Origin: Eledone cirrhosa
Lineage: Eukaryota
Length of the DNA: 64,000 nucleotides
Direction of reading: 5' to 3'
NCBI GenBank assembly: GCA_964016885.1
Contig: OZ024742.1
Coordinates: 240,932,001-240,996,000 of the forward strand
The notes below the pieces were generated by a model. It searched no databases and was not told the origin of the DNA. It worked only from the letters and a program-made list of their open reading frames with translations. A program made the translations under genes and the position numbers. Positions within the stretch are counted from its first letter, which is position 1. Each line of letters begins with the position of its first letter. This document shows, piece after piece, positions 27,265 to 40,188 of this stretch.

Positions 27265-28340
27265 TGGTTGGGGTAGAGGGGTTGTCTGCTGATGTTAAGT
27301 GGTCTCGTGTGTTTGTTATATTCCTTGTTGTTGTAAAATGTGGTTCGGGTTGGTGGTTGTAGATTGAATGGGGTGTTCCTGTACTGCGAGTATGGGTGTG
27401 TGTTTCTATGTGCCATGTTGTATTGTGGTGTTATAAGTGGCCTACGTTGTTGGTTGTATCGTGTGGTGTGGGTTTGTTGTGTATTGTGGAAGCGAGAGTT
27501 GAGAAAATGGTAATTACCTTGCTGTCCCCTTGAAGCGGGGAAGTTGTTACATCTATCATGGCGGTGGTATCTTTTCCCTATGTTTGACGATGAGGGATCC
27601 GCGTAGTAGTTGAGTGATTTGGTATGGTGTCTCCTTGAAGGGGGAAAGTTGTAAATGTCATTCTGGGGGAGATGATTTCTTGGGTTTTGGTTCCTTCTTA
27701 TGGTAGCGAGGTTGGGAAGTACATCTTCGGTGTGGTGCTTCCTTCTTCGTTTGTTAGAGGCTTGGGGGTTTGAGAAGTTGTTGTGCGGTTCAGTTATGGG
27801 TTTTCCTATTTTTATGAACGGGTTATTGAAGCTGTAATCCGTTTGCAAAGTCGATTCATAGTGTAGGAACAAAGCGGCACTTTTTTCCCAGCGTTGAAGG
27901 GATTTCAGTTCTTCTCTGTTGCAGTCCCCTTTCCATAATTTGGAGATCTCCTCTACCTTGGGGCCTTCAGTTTTGTTGTTGATTTCCAGGAGGATCTCTT
28001 CATCGATGGTTTTGATTTTTTCCTCATTTGTCTGGGCCCTCAGTTTAAGAAGTTCAATTTCTGTCTTCATTTTTTCCAATGCCATTCTTTCCCTAAGGTG
28101 TCTTTGAGGTTCGGGTTCATTTGGAATGGACTTTATTTGTAGTTTACGGGGGAGAGTTAGAGGGGTTGAGTTGAGCCATTTTTCATATATCTCTGCTTTG
28201 TTGTGATTTTGTATCATCTTCCAGAATGAGAACTTTCTGTCTCTGAGGGATTTGTTCCATTTTGGAATTGTTCGAATTTTCATTTTGTGTGAATCAATCT
28301 CACATGGTTCTTCGTTGGTTTTTCCTGGGTTTTTCCCCAA
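27225..28340 (-). CDS. PLE upstream ORF1 (coiled-coil-like region plus N/Q/R/H-rich low-complexity tail), 5'-truncated by the inverted arm
   Basis: 371 open codons, heptad-like RERMALEKMKTEIELLKLRAQTNEEKIKTIDEEIL. The annotated start coincides with the inversion junction. Confidence 0.75.
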   Translation of the reverse strand: MGKNPGKTNEEPCEIDSHKMKIRTIPKWNKSLRDRKFSFWKMIQNHNKAEIYEKWLNSTPLTLPRKLQIKSIPNEPEPQRHLRERMALEKMKTEIELLKLRAQTNEEKIKTIDEEILLEINNKTEGPKVEEISKLWKGDCNREELKSLQRWEKSAALFLHYESTLQTDYSFNNPFIKIGKPITEPHNNFSNPQASNKRRRKHHTEDVLPNLATIRRNQNPRNHLPQNDIYNFPPSRRHHTKSLNYYADPSSSNIGKRYHRHDRCNNFPASRGQQGNYHFLNSRFHNTQQTHTTRYNQQRRPLITPQYNMAHRNTHPYSQYRNTPFNLQPPTRTTFYNNKEYNKHTRPLNISRQPLYPNHFLDTAHRYRQTK

Positions 28341-28982
28341 CTTCAGAATCTTTCCCCTCTACAAATTTAAAGATAATGCCACCCACACCCAGCGCATCAG
28401 CAAGGAATCTTACTTCATTAACAAATACGGACCCCGTCTAAACACTTCTCCCTAAGACGAACCCACAACATACACACGTCAACATACATACCTACATCAG
28501 CACACATCTCTACCCACATATAAACACAATGACATACGTAAAAACATGCTCTATGGTGCAACACAAAGAAATATATGTGCATATATATATGTATATATGT
28601 GTATATATGTATATATATATATATATATATATAGTGAATATATGTATGTGTATATATATATAGTGAATATCATTTCAAACCTTTTATTGTTAAAATTTTT
28701 GATGTTCTATTAAGAGAACCGATTTTACTGAAAAAATCGAATAATGTACACCATTTTACCAGGGGAAAAAAATACTGGTCCCCCCCCCACACACATATAT
28801 ACACACACACATACACACGCGTACATCAACATACAAAGAGACTTATATATACACACACACACACACACGCACTTCTCCGTATAAGACAAAAACTGAAAAA
28901 TATCTTTTGACATGCTAAAATACCCCCCATTGCTTTCAGACACATTCTTACTGACCATCCCTGCCACCACGAATTACTCTGC

Positions 28983-29039
<57 letters not shown>

Positions 29040-29145
29040 ATCTTAATAGCCATTTGACACACATCGCTGCTATCCATTATCACAACATCGAACACCTTAC
29101 TACTACTACTACTACTACACACACACACACACACACACAGACACA

Positions 29146-29198
<53 letters not shown>

Positions 29199-29515
29199 TT
29201 GTTGTGAAAGAGTCATTTCTCAACCTTGGCGCAAAACCAATTTTTTTATTCACATGACCTCTACCGACCAATCAAAATTGTTTTGACCACAAGAATTTTT
29301 GCTGGAGCTACTTTTTTAACATAAAAACAGTCTTGGCGCAAAATCAATTTTTTACATTCACATGACCTCTACCGACCAATCAAAATTGTTTTGACCACAA
29401 GAATTTTTGCAACACCAAAGTAACGCTGGAGCCACTTTTTTAACATAAAAACAGGTAGAATTCCCAAAAATAATCAGATCAGAGCAAACAGCACGGACAC
29501 TCTATCTCAAAATTA

Positions 29516-29553
29516 TTTTTGAAAAGCATTTAGAAATGCGCAACCGGTAAAAA
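29516..29553 (+). ncRNA. Variant minimal hammerhead in pLTR (mirror 23794-23831 -)
   Basis: ttt TTGAAAA gcatt taga aatgc GCAAC CG GTA aaa: U3-A8 core plus GAAA>GCAA change. Confidence 0.5.
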
Positions 29554-29744
29554 CTTAAAAACTTAAAACCACAACTGAATACTAACCCATACAATCACTA
29601 ATACTCTTTTATTCCTAATTAAACCATTTTTCAACTGTGAACAATTTGTCAGCATTTTCTATTCCGTTTACCAATATATAATAACTTGTGTGTTACACCT
29701 CTATTCTTTTAACTATATATATATACATATATATATATTACAAC

Positions 29745-30486
29745 ACTATTCACAATAACATCCCACTACTAAAACAAAACCCAAGAATGAAAAAAGCCCT
29801 TGAAACACACAAAATAATCAAAAGCAAAAGACAACCAAAATCACTGAAAACATTACTCACCAATGCCAAATTACCTACCACAAACCCACAACCAAGTATC
29901 AAAAAATGTGGTCGCTCTAATTGTGGAACCTGCACTCACCTCATTGAAGGCAACACGTATACATTTAAATCAGGACAAAATTTTACTGTAAAAAATCACT
30001 TCACTTGCTCATCAAAAAATCTAGTTTATGCCATTAAATGTAAAGGATGCAATGAAGATTATATAGGACAAACTAAACTCACACTCAGAAACAGAATGAC
30101 AGTTCATCGCCAACAATTACGAGATCCAACCACGAGACAGATACCACTAAGTGCACATCTAGACATTGGCGCAAGTAATAAGACACCCAAATTCCAAGTC
30201 TTCCCATTTTACCTTTGCGCTAACAACACAACAGAACAAATACGAATAAATAAGGAAAATATGTTTATTCAAAAATATAGACCAACATTAAATAAGATTT
30301 AATATACATTATGTCAACACCATAATATGACATACACACACACACATAACACCTTCTACTTTAGAAAATAAAAACCCGAACTAAATAAACCTTAACATAC
30401 GTTTGCACTGGCAATACAACAGCAAACACGAAAAAGTCAGGAAAATATGTTCATTCAAAAATATTCCTACTAAAGGAATCACTTTC

Positions 30487-30563
<77 letters not shown>

Positions 30564-30812
30564 TCTTCATCTTAACATGCTAACCATACTCCCACACACA
30601 TAACACCCATACACACACATAACAACCCCCACACCTACAACTCCCTCCCCATTTCTACTAATAGAACCACTTTCCTACACACATATATATACACACACAC
30701 AAAATATATATTCTCTCCATCTTAACATACTCGCACACACACACATAACACCCATATACACACACACACAACTCCCTCCCCCATTTCTACTAATAGAATC
30801 ATCTTCCAATAC

Positions 30813-30843
<31 letters not shown>

Positions 30844-31815
30844 TACACACACACAAGCACACAAATAAACATACATATCTTCACTTCAATAGAAAATCTG
30901 AACTCTGACACCCCAGTGAACTAACCATATTCACTGAACCAGAACAATCCTCCCAATCCCATTTCTCTTGACCACTAACTTTCCATTGTCATAACATTCG
31001 CTATAAAGACTACAGAATAGTTTTCCAAATAAGGGCGCAAAAATGTAATGAAAACTTGTTCACGTGACAGCCAAATTTCATTTATAACCAATCAAATCAC
31101 GTTTATTAAAAAAAAGCCTTCGTGAGCCACCTTTTTTTAAAGTAAAGAAATTCAAACACACACACACACACGCATACACACACACAAGCACACAAATAAA
31201 CACACATATCTTTACTTTCTTTATTCAATAGAAAATCTGAATTCTGACACCCCAGCGAACTAACCATATTATCAAAAAATTCTCTAAAAAGGCTACAGAA
31301 TGGATTTCCAAATAAGGGCACAAAAATTTAATGAAAATTTGTTCACGTGACAGCCATAATTTCATTTATAACCAACCAAAAAAAAGCCTTCGTGAGCCTC
31401 CTTTTTTCAAGTAAAAAGAAATTCAAACACTCATATATGAAAAAACAACCTGTGACAACCCCCCTCTTATTTGAAGAACTATTGTAACGCGAACTGGCGC
31501 GAAATTTATTATAATTATTGACAAACTAATCAAATTACTTCTCGAAAAACCTTGCATTTCGAGTCACTTTTTCCATATAAAACAAGTAACATTCAGAGAA
31601 CAACAAGATGTGAGAAAAACCACAGACCCTCCATCTCAACTCACCTTTTGAAAAGCAGAAGAACTGCGAAACCGGTAAAGGAACCAAATAAATATATATA
31701 TATTTTTTTAAAAATAAGACTCCAGTTGCATTTTCGATTTGATCTCTTTTTCTTTATACTTTCACTCGTGTAGGACACCGGTTATTTTTCAATTTGTAAA
31801 ATAAACCTCACTTTC
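29745..31815 (+). mobile_element. 5'-truncated second Neptune-like PLE: GIY-YIG ORF end (to 30302) plus pLTR
   Basis: CGRSNCGTC...NLVYAIKCKGCNEDYIGQT..LRNRMTVHR is homologous to the 24940 ORF. Followed by a 3' region with an HHR. Confidence 0.85.
31644..31681 (+). ncRNA. Minimal hammerhead with U3-A8 covariant core
   Basis: cctt TTGAAAA gcag aagaa ctgc GAAAC CG GTA aagg; all three stems pair. Partial copy at 63358-63383. Confidence 0.75.
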
Positions 31816-31858
31816 TAATACATATATATATATACACATATATATATATGTATGTGTA

Positions 31859-31933
<75 letters not shown>

Positions 31934-31972
31934 GTATATATATATATATACATATATATATATGTATGTGTA

Positions 31973-32033
<61 letters not shown>

Positions 32034-32119
32034 GGAAAGTTATATTTAAATTGTTGGGTTACAACGAGTAAATATTTATAACTGATATAAAAGCACTCAA
32101 CAAGTATTTGGAGTATATT

Positions 32120-35100
32120 TACGATATTAAATAAATGGAAACTATATTTATAAAACCATATCTATTTCATTATATATATTTCAGGGATATCATATTAACA
32201 ATATGTTATGCCTTCCTCAGACAAAATAGAATATAGACAGTTTTATAAATAAATAGATTTGACATACCTTTCAACATCGACTTGCATTTGAAAAGTTGAT
32301 TTGGCAGTGAAAATTGTAAACAGAAAGAAAGAAAGAAGGAAAGAAAGAAAGAAAACGAAGAAAAAGAAGAAATGCATGCAACTAAATAGAGAGATGGAAA
32401 GATAGATAAAGAGAAGAACTTCATGTAAAGACACAGAGAGAGATATATAGAGAGAGGAAATAGATAGAGATAGATATATATAGAGAAAAGTAGGTAGTTG
32501 AACATCCGTTGAATGACGTATCAATGATACATTTATTTATTTATTTATTTATTTAGCTCTAGTATTAATGTAGGAGAGATATATGTGGTTAGGAGAGAAA
32601 CCAGCCGTTATATATAGAGAAAAAATGAAAAGTAACCAGACATAGGCGAGGCAGAATTTAAAAACCCTATGTTTCAATGTAGAAATATTAGTTTGTATAA
32701 AAACAGGCACTATAATGTAAATATCAGTATTCATGAATGAGACACGTATCTATAATGTGTGAAAAGTAATGATCTTATGTCTAGTTTTAAAAATTCATAT
32801 GTTTATATGATAACTACAAACATCGATGTGAATTTACGTGATCAGCTCTGCAAACTCCTATTTCACACGGAGAACATTCTCATTGTGCTATAAAAATTTA
32901 AGTATACATATATGTGTATATATACACATATATATAGAGTCTATATTAATTTTAACAATACTATTCTTGTCTTTACTCTACATGATTATCTATCAAGCAG
33001 AAATAGAGAACAGATTTCAATATATTAATAAAAATATCAGAAACAAAAACAAAAAATAATAATAAATAAATAAAACAGAAAACTAAAAAATATTACATAT
33101 TAAAAATAAAAATATAAAAAATATTAAAAAATATTAAAAAAATTATTAAAAAATATTAAAATAATAAAAATAAAAATAAAAACATAGTATGCCACGCAAA
33201 TCGACCACAAAGATCAACCCTTCAAAATTAATTGCCAAGTTCATTATAAGCATCAGAGTCGAAAACAGATAAAACTAAAAATTATTTACCAAATCCTGTC
33301 TAGCAGAAATCATTTCAAAAGTTTAGGATACCGATTTGGTCTACATATGTTCTTATATTTAATATAGAAGTTTATCTAGTGTAACATTTATTCGATATAT
33401 TTGGAGCATCAACTTTTAGGGTAGTTTAATTTTTCATGAAGAATGTTTAAAATAAAAATAAAAAGAAGAATAAAAAGAAGAAATCGAAAGATTTATCGGC
33501 TAGTTTCATAAATAATTACAAATCAAACTAAATATACTACATTTTAAATTTAAATTTATATTTAAAAGTTGAGTTCAATCTATGTTTGCAGCAACTGAAT
33601 AAATTTGTCCGTAGATTAAGGGAATTTTTAGATTTTAGTATAAAGAATATCTCCTTCGCGCAGAGGTCACATGTCTCAGAGGATGAATTAAAAGGAATCC
33701 CTCTTGAGACTATATTCCAAGCCGTCGAATATCTAACGTTATCATGCCTAAGTTGCCAGAGTACGCCTGATAGTGCTGTTGAAGATTTTTTGCTTGGATC
33801 TGTGAAAGAATTCTTGTGGTTATTATAGCGAAGTTTAAATTCCGTCGATGTGGAACCAACGTAGTTAAAAGAATTAGAGTCCGTTTTAACATTACAGTTG
33901 TATATTATATTTTTAACTAAGCAGTTGTTATTTAACGGGCATTTAGATCTATCTCTACAGTTACATTTGTTAACTTGTATATTATTTATGCTATTATCGC
34001 TAGGTTTTAAGTTCCTATTATTTATTCTATTAATATTTTGTGCTAAATTTTTGGTGGATGAGTAGGTTAATTTTATAGTATGTCTATTGAAAATTGAGTG
34101 ATACCTATGTGTTCTAGGGAAGCGATTATCAAGAGCTTTAAAAAATAGTTTAGCGATGTGGGTTTTAATGTTTAGTGAGAAAGGGGGGGGGGGGGGGGCA
34201 AACCATATTATGTTCCTAGTTCTATTTCTTTTTTGGCTTTTGGAATTATTGTAATGCTTTCTATTATAGTTGTTAAGGTTGTGGCCGTAATTAAAATAGC
34301 TGTTATTTTGTTTAGTTTGTCTATCATTATCTATGTACATAATTTTATCACTATATCCTGCTCTAGCTAACGCTTCATTGTAGTACTGGGCTTTTTCGTC
34401 GAAAATCTTTCTATTAGACGAGATTCTAGAGATACGTTTTTGAACAGAGTTTACTATAGTATTTTTAACAGATCTAGGGTGGTTAGAGTTAAAGCTGACA
34501 TAGTTTAAGTTTTCATTCAACTTGTGAAATGGATAGTGAAGACGTGTTGAGATTTAATGTTATATCTAGGAAATTGACTATTCTATGGTTATTCTCAATT
34601 TCTATTTTTAGATTAAAGTAATTAAAAAATTGTGTAATTTGTTTTCTTTTTCTATTTAGTTCAGAGTTATTATTATCAATAAGTAAAAGCATGTCATCTC
34701 TATATAAACCTCCAGTAGTACCAGGTATTTTCCTATGCAGCGAATTGATTAAAAATAAGCCCACAAGGTCAGTTACCTGAGCTGAGTCGGATGATCCCAT
34801 AGTAATGTCAAAATTGCTATCTCTATCTGCTCTGGTCCATAGTTGGTCATTAAATTCTATCAATGTTTTCCTAGCCGATAATATAATGTGCATTTCATTG
34901 CTAGTTAGGTCTGTATGTTTGAATGCGTAATTTAGTGCCTTATTTAGTAGATTAGGGGTAATAGAAGAATAATAGTTAGCAATATCAAGTTGAATAAACT
35001 TATTATTATTGTTATATTTAATTTGCTTAAACCACTCAACAACCTCTCCAGTTCCCTTCCACAAGCTCAGGTTAGGTAAACAATCCAAGTTTTTAATTTG

Positions 35101-36600
35101 CTGTATCACCCTGTCAAGAATGTTTTTGCTTAATTTACCCAGGTCCGATTTTGATGGTGCGATCAATCTGACAGGCAAGTCATTTTCAAAATTCCTTTTG
35201 TAATTATTTATTTATGAAACTAGCCGATAAATCTTTCGATTTCTTCTTTTTATTCTTCTTTTTATTTTTATTTTAAACATTCTTCATGAAAAATTAAACT
35301 ACCCTAAAAGTTGATGCTCCAAATATATCGAATAAATGTTACACTAGATAAACTTCTATATTAAATATAAGAACATATGTAGACCAAATCGGTATCCTAA
35401 ACTTTTGAAATGATTTCTGCTAGACAGGATTTGGTAAATAATTTTTAGTTTTATCTGTTTTCGACTCTGATGCTTATAATGAACTTGGCAATTAATTTTG
35501 AAGGGTTGATCTTTGTGGTCGATTTGCGTGGCATACTATGTTTTTATTTTTATTTTTATTATTTTAATATTTTTTAATAATTTTTTTAATATTTTTTAAT
35601 ATTTTTTATATTTTTATTTTTAATATGTAATATTTTTTAGTTTTCTGTTTTATTTATTTATTATTATTTTTTGTTTTTGTTTCTGATATTTTTATTAATA
35701 TATTGAAATCTGTTCTCTATTTCTGCTTGATAGATAATCATGTAGAGTAAAGACAAGAATAGTATTGTTAAAATTAATATAGACTCTATATATATGTGTA
35801 TATATACACATATATGTATACTTAAATTTTTATAGCACAATGAGAATGTTCTCCGTGTGAAATAGGAGTTTGCAGAGCTGATCACGTAAATTCACATCGA
35901 TGTTTGTAGTTATCATATAAACATATGAATTTTTAAAACTAGACATAAGATCATTACTTTTCACACATTATAGATACGTGTCTCATTCATGAATACTGAT
36001 ATTTACATTATAGTGCCTGTTTTTATACAAACTAATATTTCTACATTGAAACATAGGGTTTTTAAATTCTGCCTCGCCTATGTCTGGTTACTTTTCATTT
36101 TTTCTCTATATATAACGGCTGGTTTCTCTCCTAACCACATATATCTCTCCTACATTAATACTAGAGCTAAATAAATAAATAAATAAATAAATGTATCATT
36201 GATACGTCATTCAACGGATGTTCAACTACCTACTTTTCTCTATATATATCTATCTCTATCTATTTCCTCTCTCTATATATCTCTCTCTGTGTCTTTACAT
36301 GAAGTTCTTCTCTTTATCTATCTTTCCATCTCTCTATTTAGTTGCATGCATTTCTTCTTTTTCTTCGTTTTCTTTCTTTCTTTCCTTCTTTCTTTCTTTC
36401 TGTTTACAATTTTCACTGCCAAATCAACTTTTCAAATGCAAGTCGATGTTGAAAGGTATGTCAAATCTATTTATTTATAAAACTGTCTATATTGTATTTT
36501 GTCTGAGGAAGGCATAACATATTGTTAATATGATATCCCTGAAATATATATAATGAAATAGATATGGTTTTATAAATATAGTTTCCATTTATTTAATATC

Positions 36601-36603
<3 letters not shown>
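32120..36603 (-). mobile_element. PLE (tentatively Nematis-type) with near-identical 1.4-kb inverted pLTRs (32120-33521 / 35197-36603)
   Basis: Mirror ORFs in the track are almost identical. HHRs at 32165-32226 (-) and 36497-36558 (+). (TA)n flanks. Confidence 0.92.
33537..35199 (-). pseudogene. PLE RT-GIY-YIG ORF, 5'-truncated, one frameshift near 34535
   Basis: FIQLDIANYYSSI, DITMGS, GLYRDD, NFLDITL; then CNCRDRSKCPL..C, YVGSTSTEFKLRYNNH, CDLC. Confidence 0.9.
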
Positions 36604-36642
<39 letters not shown>

Positions 36643-36668
36643 GTATATATATATTTATATATATATAC

Positions 36669-36700
<32 letters not shown>

Positions 36701-36729
36701 GTATGTGTATATATGTGTATATATATATG

Positions 36730-36795
<66 letters not shown>

Positions 36796-36849
36796 TATGT
36801 TGCCTCCCTTGCTGAACTCTACGTGGGGTCAGTAATAGTCACACTTATG

Positions 36850-37215
36850 TATAGCATTTGAGCAAAAACCCGTTGATAACACGGCTTCCTTGTTCAGTCA
36901 TCTTACCAGAAGCCTAACATTGTTTATGTAAGCGGACATTAATTGATTTATGGAGTCGCAGAAACCCAAATACTGGATTTTACCATCCGTCCAGGGGTCC
37001 GGGTAAATTTTCAATCACATATATTTTTATTGTTTGACCCGAATGACTTTTTTTCGTTTTTTTGGCTGTTCGGATGATTGGTTTAACCATCATCTCAGTG
37101 TGTTTGGCCCTTAACGTATGTTGTAGCTCTGATTCATATGAATCATCGAGCGTTTGCCACACATCTCGGCAGTTGTTTTTCGTTAATCCCTGAGCTGAAA
37201 TACGACTCTCGCTAA
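36850..37215 (-). pseudogene. Possible decayed Gypsy-type integrase fragment
   Basis: Weak resemblance only (..NLPGPLDG followed by YLGFCDS in another frame, vs the integrase HIDFAGP..G..YL..VD motif). Confidence 0.25.
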
Positions 37216-37254
37216 TTTGTATATGTATATATATATACATACTATATATTATAT

Positions 37255-37391
<137 letters not shown>

Positions 37392-38310
37392 TATATAATA
37401 TATACTATATATACATACATATATATATATACTTGTAGTAGCGTAGAGACTAAAGTACACATTAGCTCTAGAAAACCAGTGATATGTTTGCGTGATTTAC
37501 GTTTCAATAGATTTATAAAATGTTTACTCATTAAAGTATGTTGTCACGTATTTATATCAAGCTAAATAAACAGACACAAACTCATGACAAGTGAAAAAAA
37601 GAATAGCTAAAACAAAGTGTAAAAGGAAAACTGTGACAACAAGAAACAAACAAAAACACGTAAGCGACAACTATTTTCTTAATGAATATATGAATGAATG
37701 AATAAAACAGTATAAATAAGGACTCTAGAGATATTTTTTATAGAAATCGTATAAAGGAAGTGTATAAATAAATATTACATAGAAATACTTTAAATATAAT
37801 ATTCACAAAAAGATGTGCGTGTTTATTTGTAGTATGCTTATGCACATATATTTATTAGTTGAAACGATTTTAACGCATTCAGAATATATTTTTATGTTCT
37901 TCACCTCGCCATCAAGCTTAAAACAGCTTATCATAGCTATCATAGTCTACGAACCCCGCCTAAGTCTATATAGACTTTGCCAAATAAATGTTGTATTTTC
38001 TGTATAAAGTGCACGAAATGTTATTGTTTTGTTGTTGTTGTTGATGATGATGATGATGATGACAACAAAAGTAATATCATTAAAGACAATATTAACAACG
38101 AGAAGGGTGTTATTCTGTAGAAATATAGGCACTAAGATCCAGCTAACATTACTGGTTGGGAGACATTCAAATTAATCTGTGTTGCTAATAGAGAGAGAGA
38201 GAGAGAGAGGATATATATATATCAGAAAGGGTGTGGGAAAATACCAGGTGGACCATAACACACCAGAGTACTCGATACTTAGGGTAGTAGAGTGGGTAAT
38301 ATGAAAAGAC

Positions 38311-38385
38311 TGAGGACCCCGACAGCTGAGCTCCGGCCGTTTCGACAACTAAATCTAGCTGTCGAAACGCCCGGAGCTCAGCCTT
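38311..38385. repeat. Hairpin made of a duplicated hammerhead 3' half
   Basis: GTTTC-GACA..TGTC-GAAAC symmetry; minus strand reads GAAACGGC..GCTGTC ggggt. Confidence 0.6.
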
Positions 38386-39532
38386 CCTGAATGCTGAGCA
38401 GATACCATGATAGCCTAGAGATTGATTCTGACACAGCCTTTCTAATTTGGCCAACATCTTTATAACACACACACATTTTATTTTACTTGATTTTTCATTT
38501 GTTTTGTTTTCTTCACCTTATTGCCTTATATTTAAGTTGAGAATGGTTATAACACACACACTCTTTATTTAATTATCTTATTTCGTTTTATTCTTTTACC
38601 ATCTTGTTCCTCCTACCACTTTATCCAACATCTTTCTGACCTTGAGATTGGTTATAGCACACACACATTTTATTTTATTTGAATCTTTCCTTCTATTTTC
38701 CACTTTCCATTCTCATATTTCATTTTTCATTTTTCAATTTCCATTTTCATTTTTCTTTTCTGATCTTTCATTTTTCATTAATTAATTTTTCATTTATTGT
38801 CTATTTATTATTTATTTTCTGTTTTCTTCATTTTATTACCTTCCATTTCTTCTATACATGGCAGAAACCCCCTTCTTCATATACATGGCAGACCCCCCCC
38901 CCCCCCACCACCACCACGAGAGATGGTGGCAGGATGGGTGAAGAAACACACACAGATGCTTATAAATGTCAGCAGCAGCAAGACATAGACTGACCAAAAC
39001 ACCAACAACACTACCAACTTAAGGGTAGAGATCAGATGTACTTAACAATAGCAAAAACAAACACTAGGGAACCTCACTTCAGAAAGAATTTCTATAGACT
39101 TTTGACTGAGGAATGCTCTCAAAACTGACCAATGGGAAGATTGAACTTACACATTTTTATAACATTGAGATTGGTATAACACACACACATTTTATTTGAT
39201 TATTTTATTTGGTTCCTCTGCCACCTTATTCCTTCTACCACTTTATCATTTTTTGAGCTGACTCTAAAACCGACACCACTACGAACATAAGAGTAGAGGT
39301 CAGATGTACTTAGCAATAACAAGAAAAACCACTACAGATGGCCTTGCTTCAGAATGAATTTCTATAGAATTCTGACTGAGAAATGTTCTCACAACTGACC
39401 AATGAGAGATGATGTCCTTTGACACTGAAATTCGTTTGTTTAAATTCATATGATTCCAGTTCCTCAATGAAACAACAACCCAACCAGGAACTGGGCATAT
39501 CAGATGTGTACTCGTCTACCACACTAATTCGG

Positions 39533-39587
39533 ACTGCCTGAAGAGGTCACAACCAAAGATGGCTGTCACCGAAATATATATAGCAGT
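39533..39587 (+). ncRNA. Hammerhead ribozyme at the end of a repetitive pLTR-like block (38440-39630)
   Basis: actgc CTGAAGA ggt-c-aca-a-cca aaga tgg-c-tgt-c-acc GAAAT ATAT ATA gcagt. Confidence 0.85.
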
Positions 39588-39633
39588 AATAAACGAAGCC
39601 AAATTTTAAACATTTGACTTATTTATTTTATTT

Positions 39634-39703
<70 letters not shown>

Positions 39704-39710
39704 TATATAC

Positions 39711-40077
39711 TAATAAAAGGAATTCCAACTTTGTCTGATTTACTCGTTTTATTTACAATCCTTAAAATTATAATGATATTATAATGATATTATAATGGTA
39801 TTAAATGTTAAATGTTAATTGAACAAGTACTTTCATGCTTTCGCAATCTTCAGGTTCATATTCAGTGGTGACAGTCAAGTTTGCAATTTTCAACTGTGAA
39901 AATTGCAAACTTGACTGTCACCATTGAATATGAACCTGAAGATTGCGAAAGCATGAAAGTACTTGTTCAATTAACATTTAATATTCTACCATACTATTTC
40001 ATTATAATATCATTATAATTTTAAAGGATTGTAAATAAAACGAGTAAATCAGACAAAGTTGGAATTCCTTTTATTAA
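39711..40077. repeat. Fold-back unit with two intact opposite-strand minimal hammerheads (39820-39858 -, 39931-39969 +)
   Basis: tgaac CTGAAGA t-tgc gaaa gca-t GAAAG TA CTT gttca; symmetric about ~39894; (TA)n flanks. Confidence 0.88.
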
Positions 40078-40108
40078 TATAATCTTCTATACACAATCAT
40101 ACACACCC

Positions 40109-40188
<80 letters not shown>

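Noticed and set aside
32206-33059. Identical small ORFs mirrored at 35664-36517
   Set aside because: Chance low-complexity ORFs duplicated by the inverted pLTR.
34513-34545. Frame break in the 33537-35199 PLE ORF as a programmed frameshift
   Set aside because: It falls inside the RT just after FLD, has no slippery heptamer, and is best explained as a small indel.
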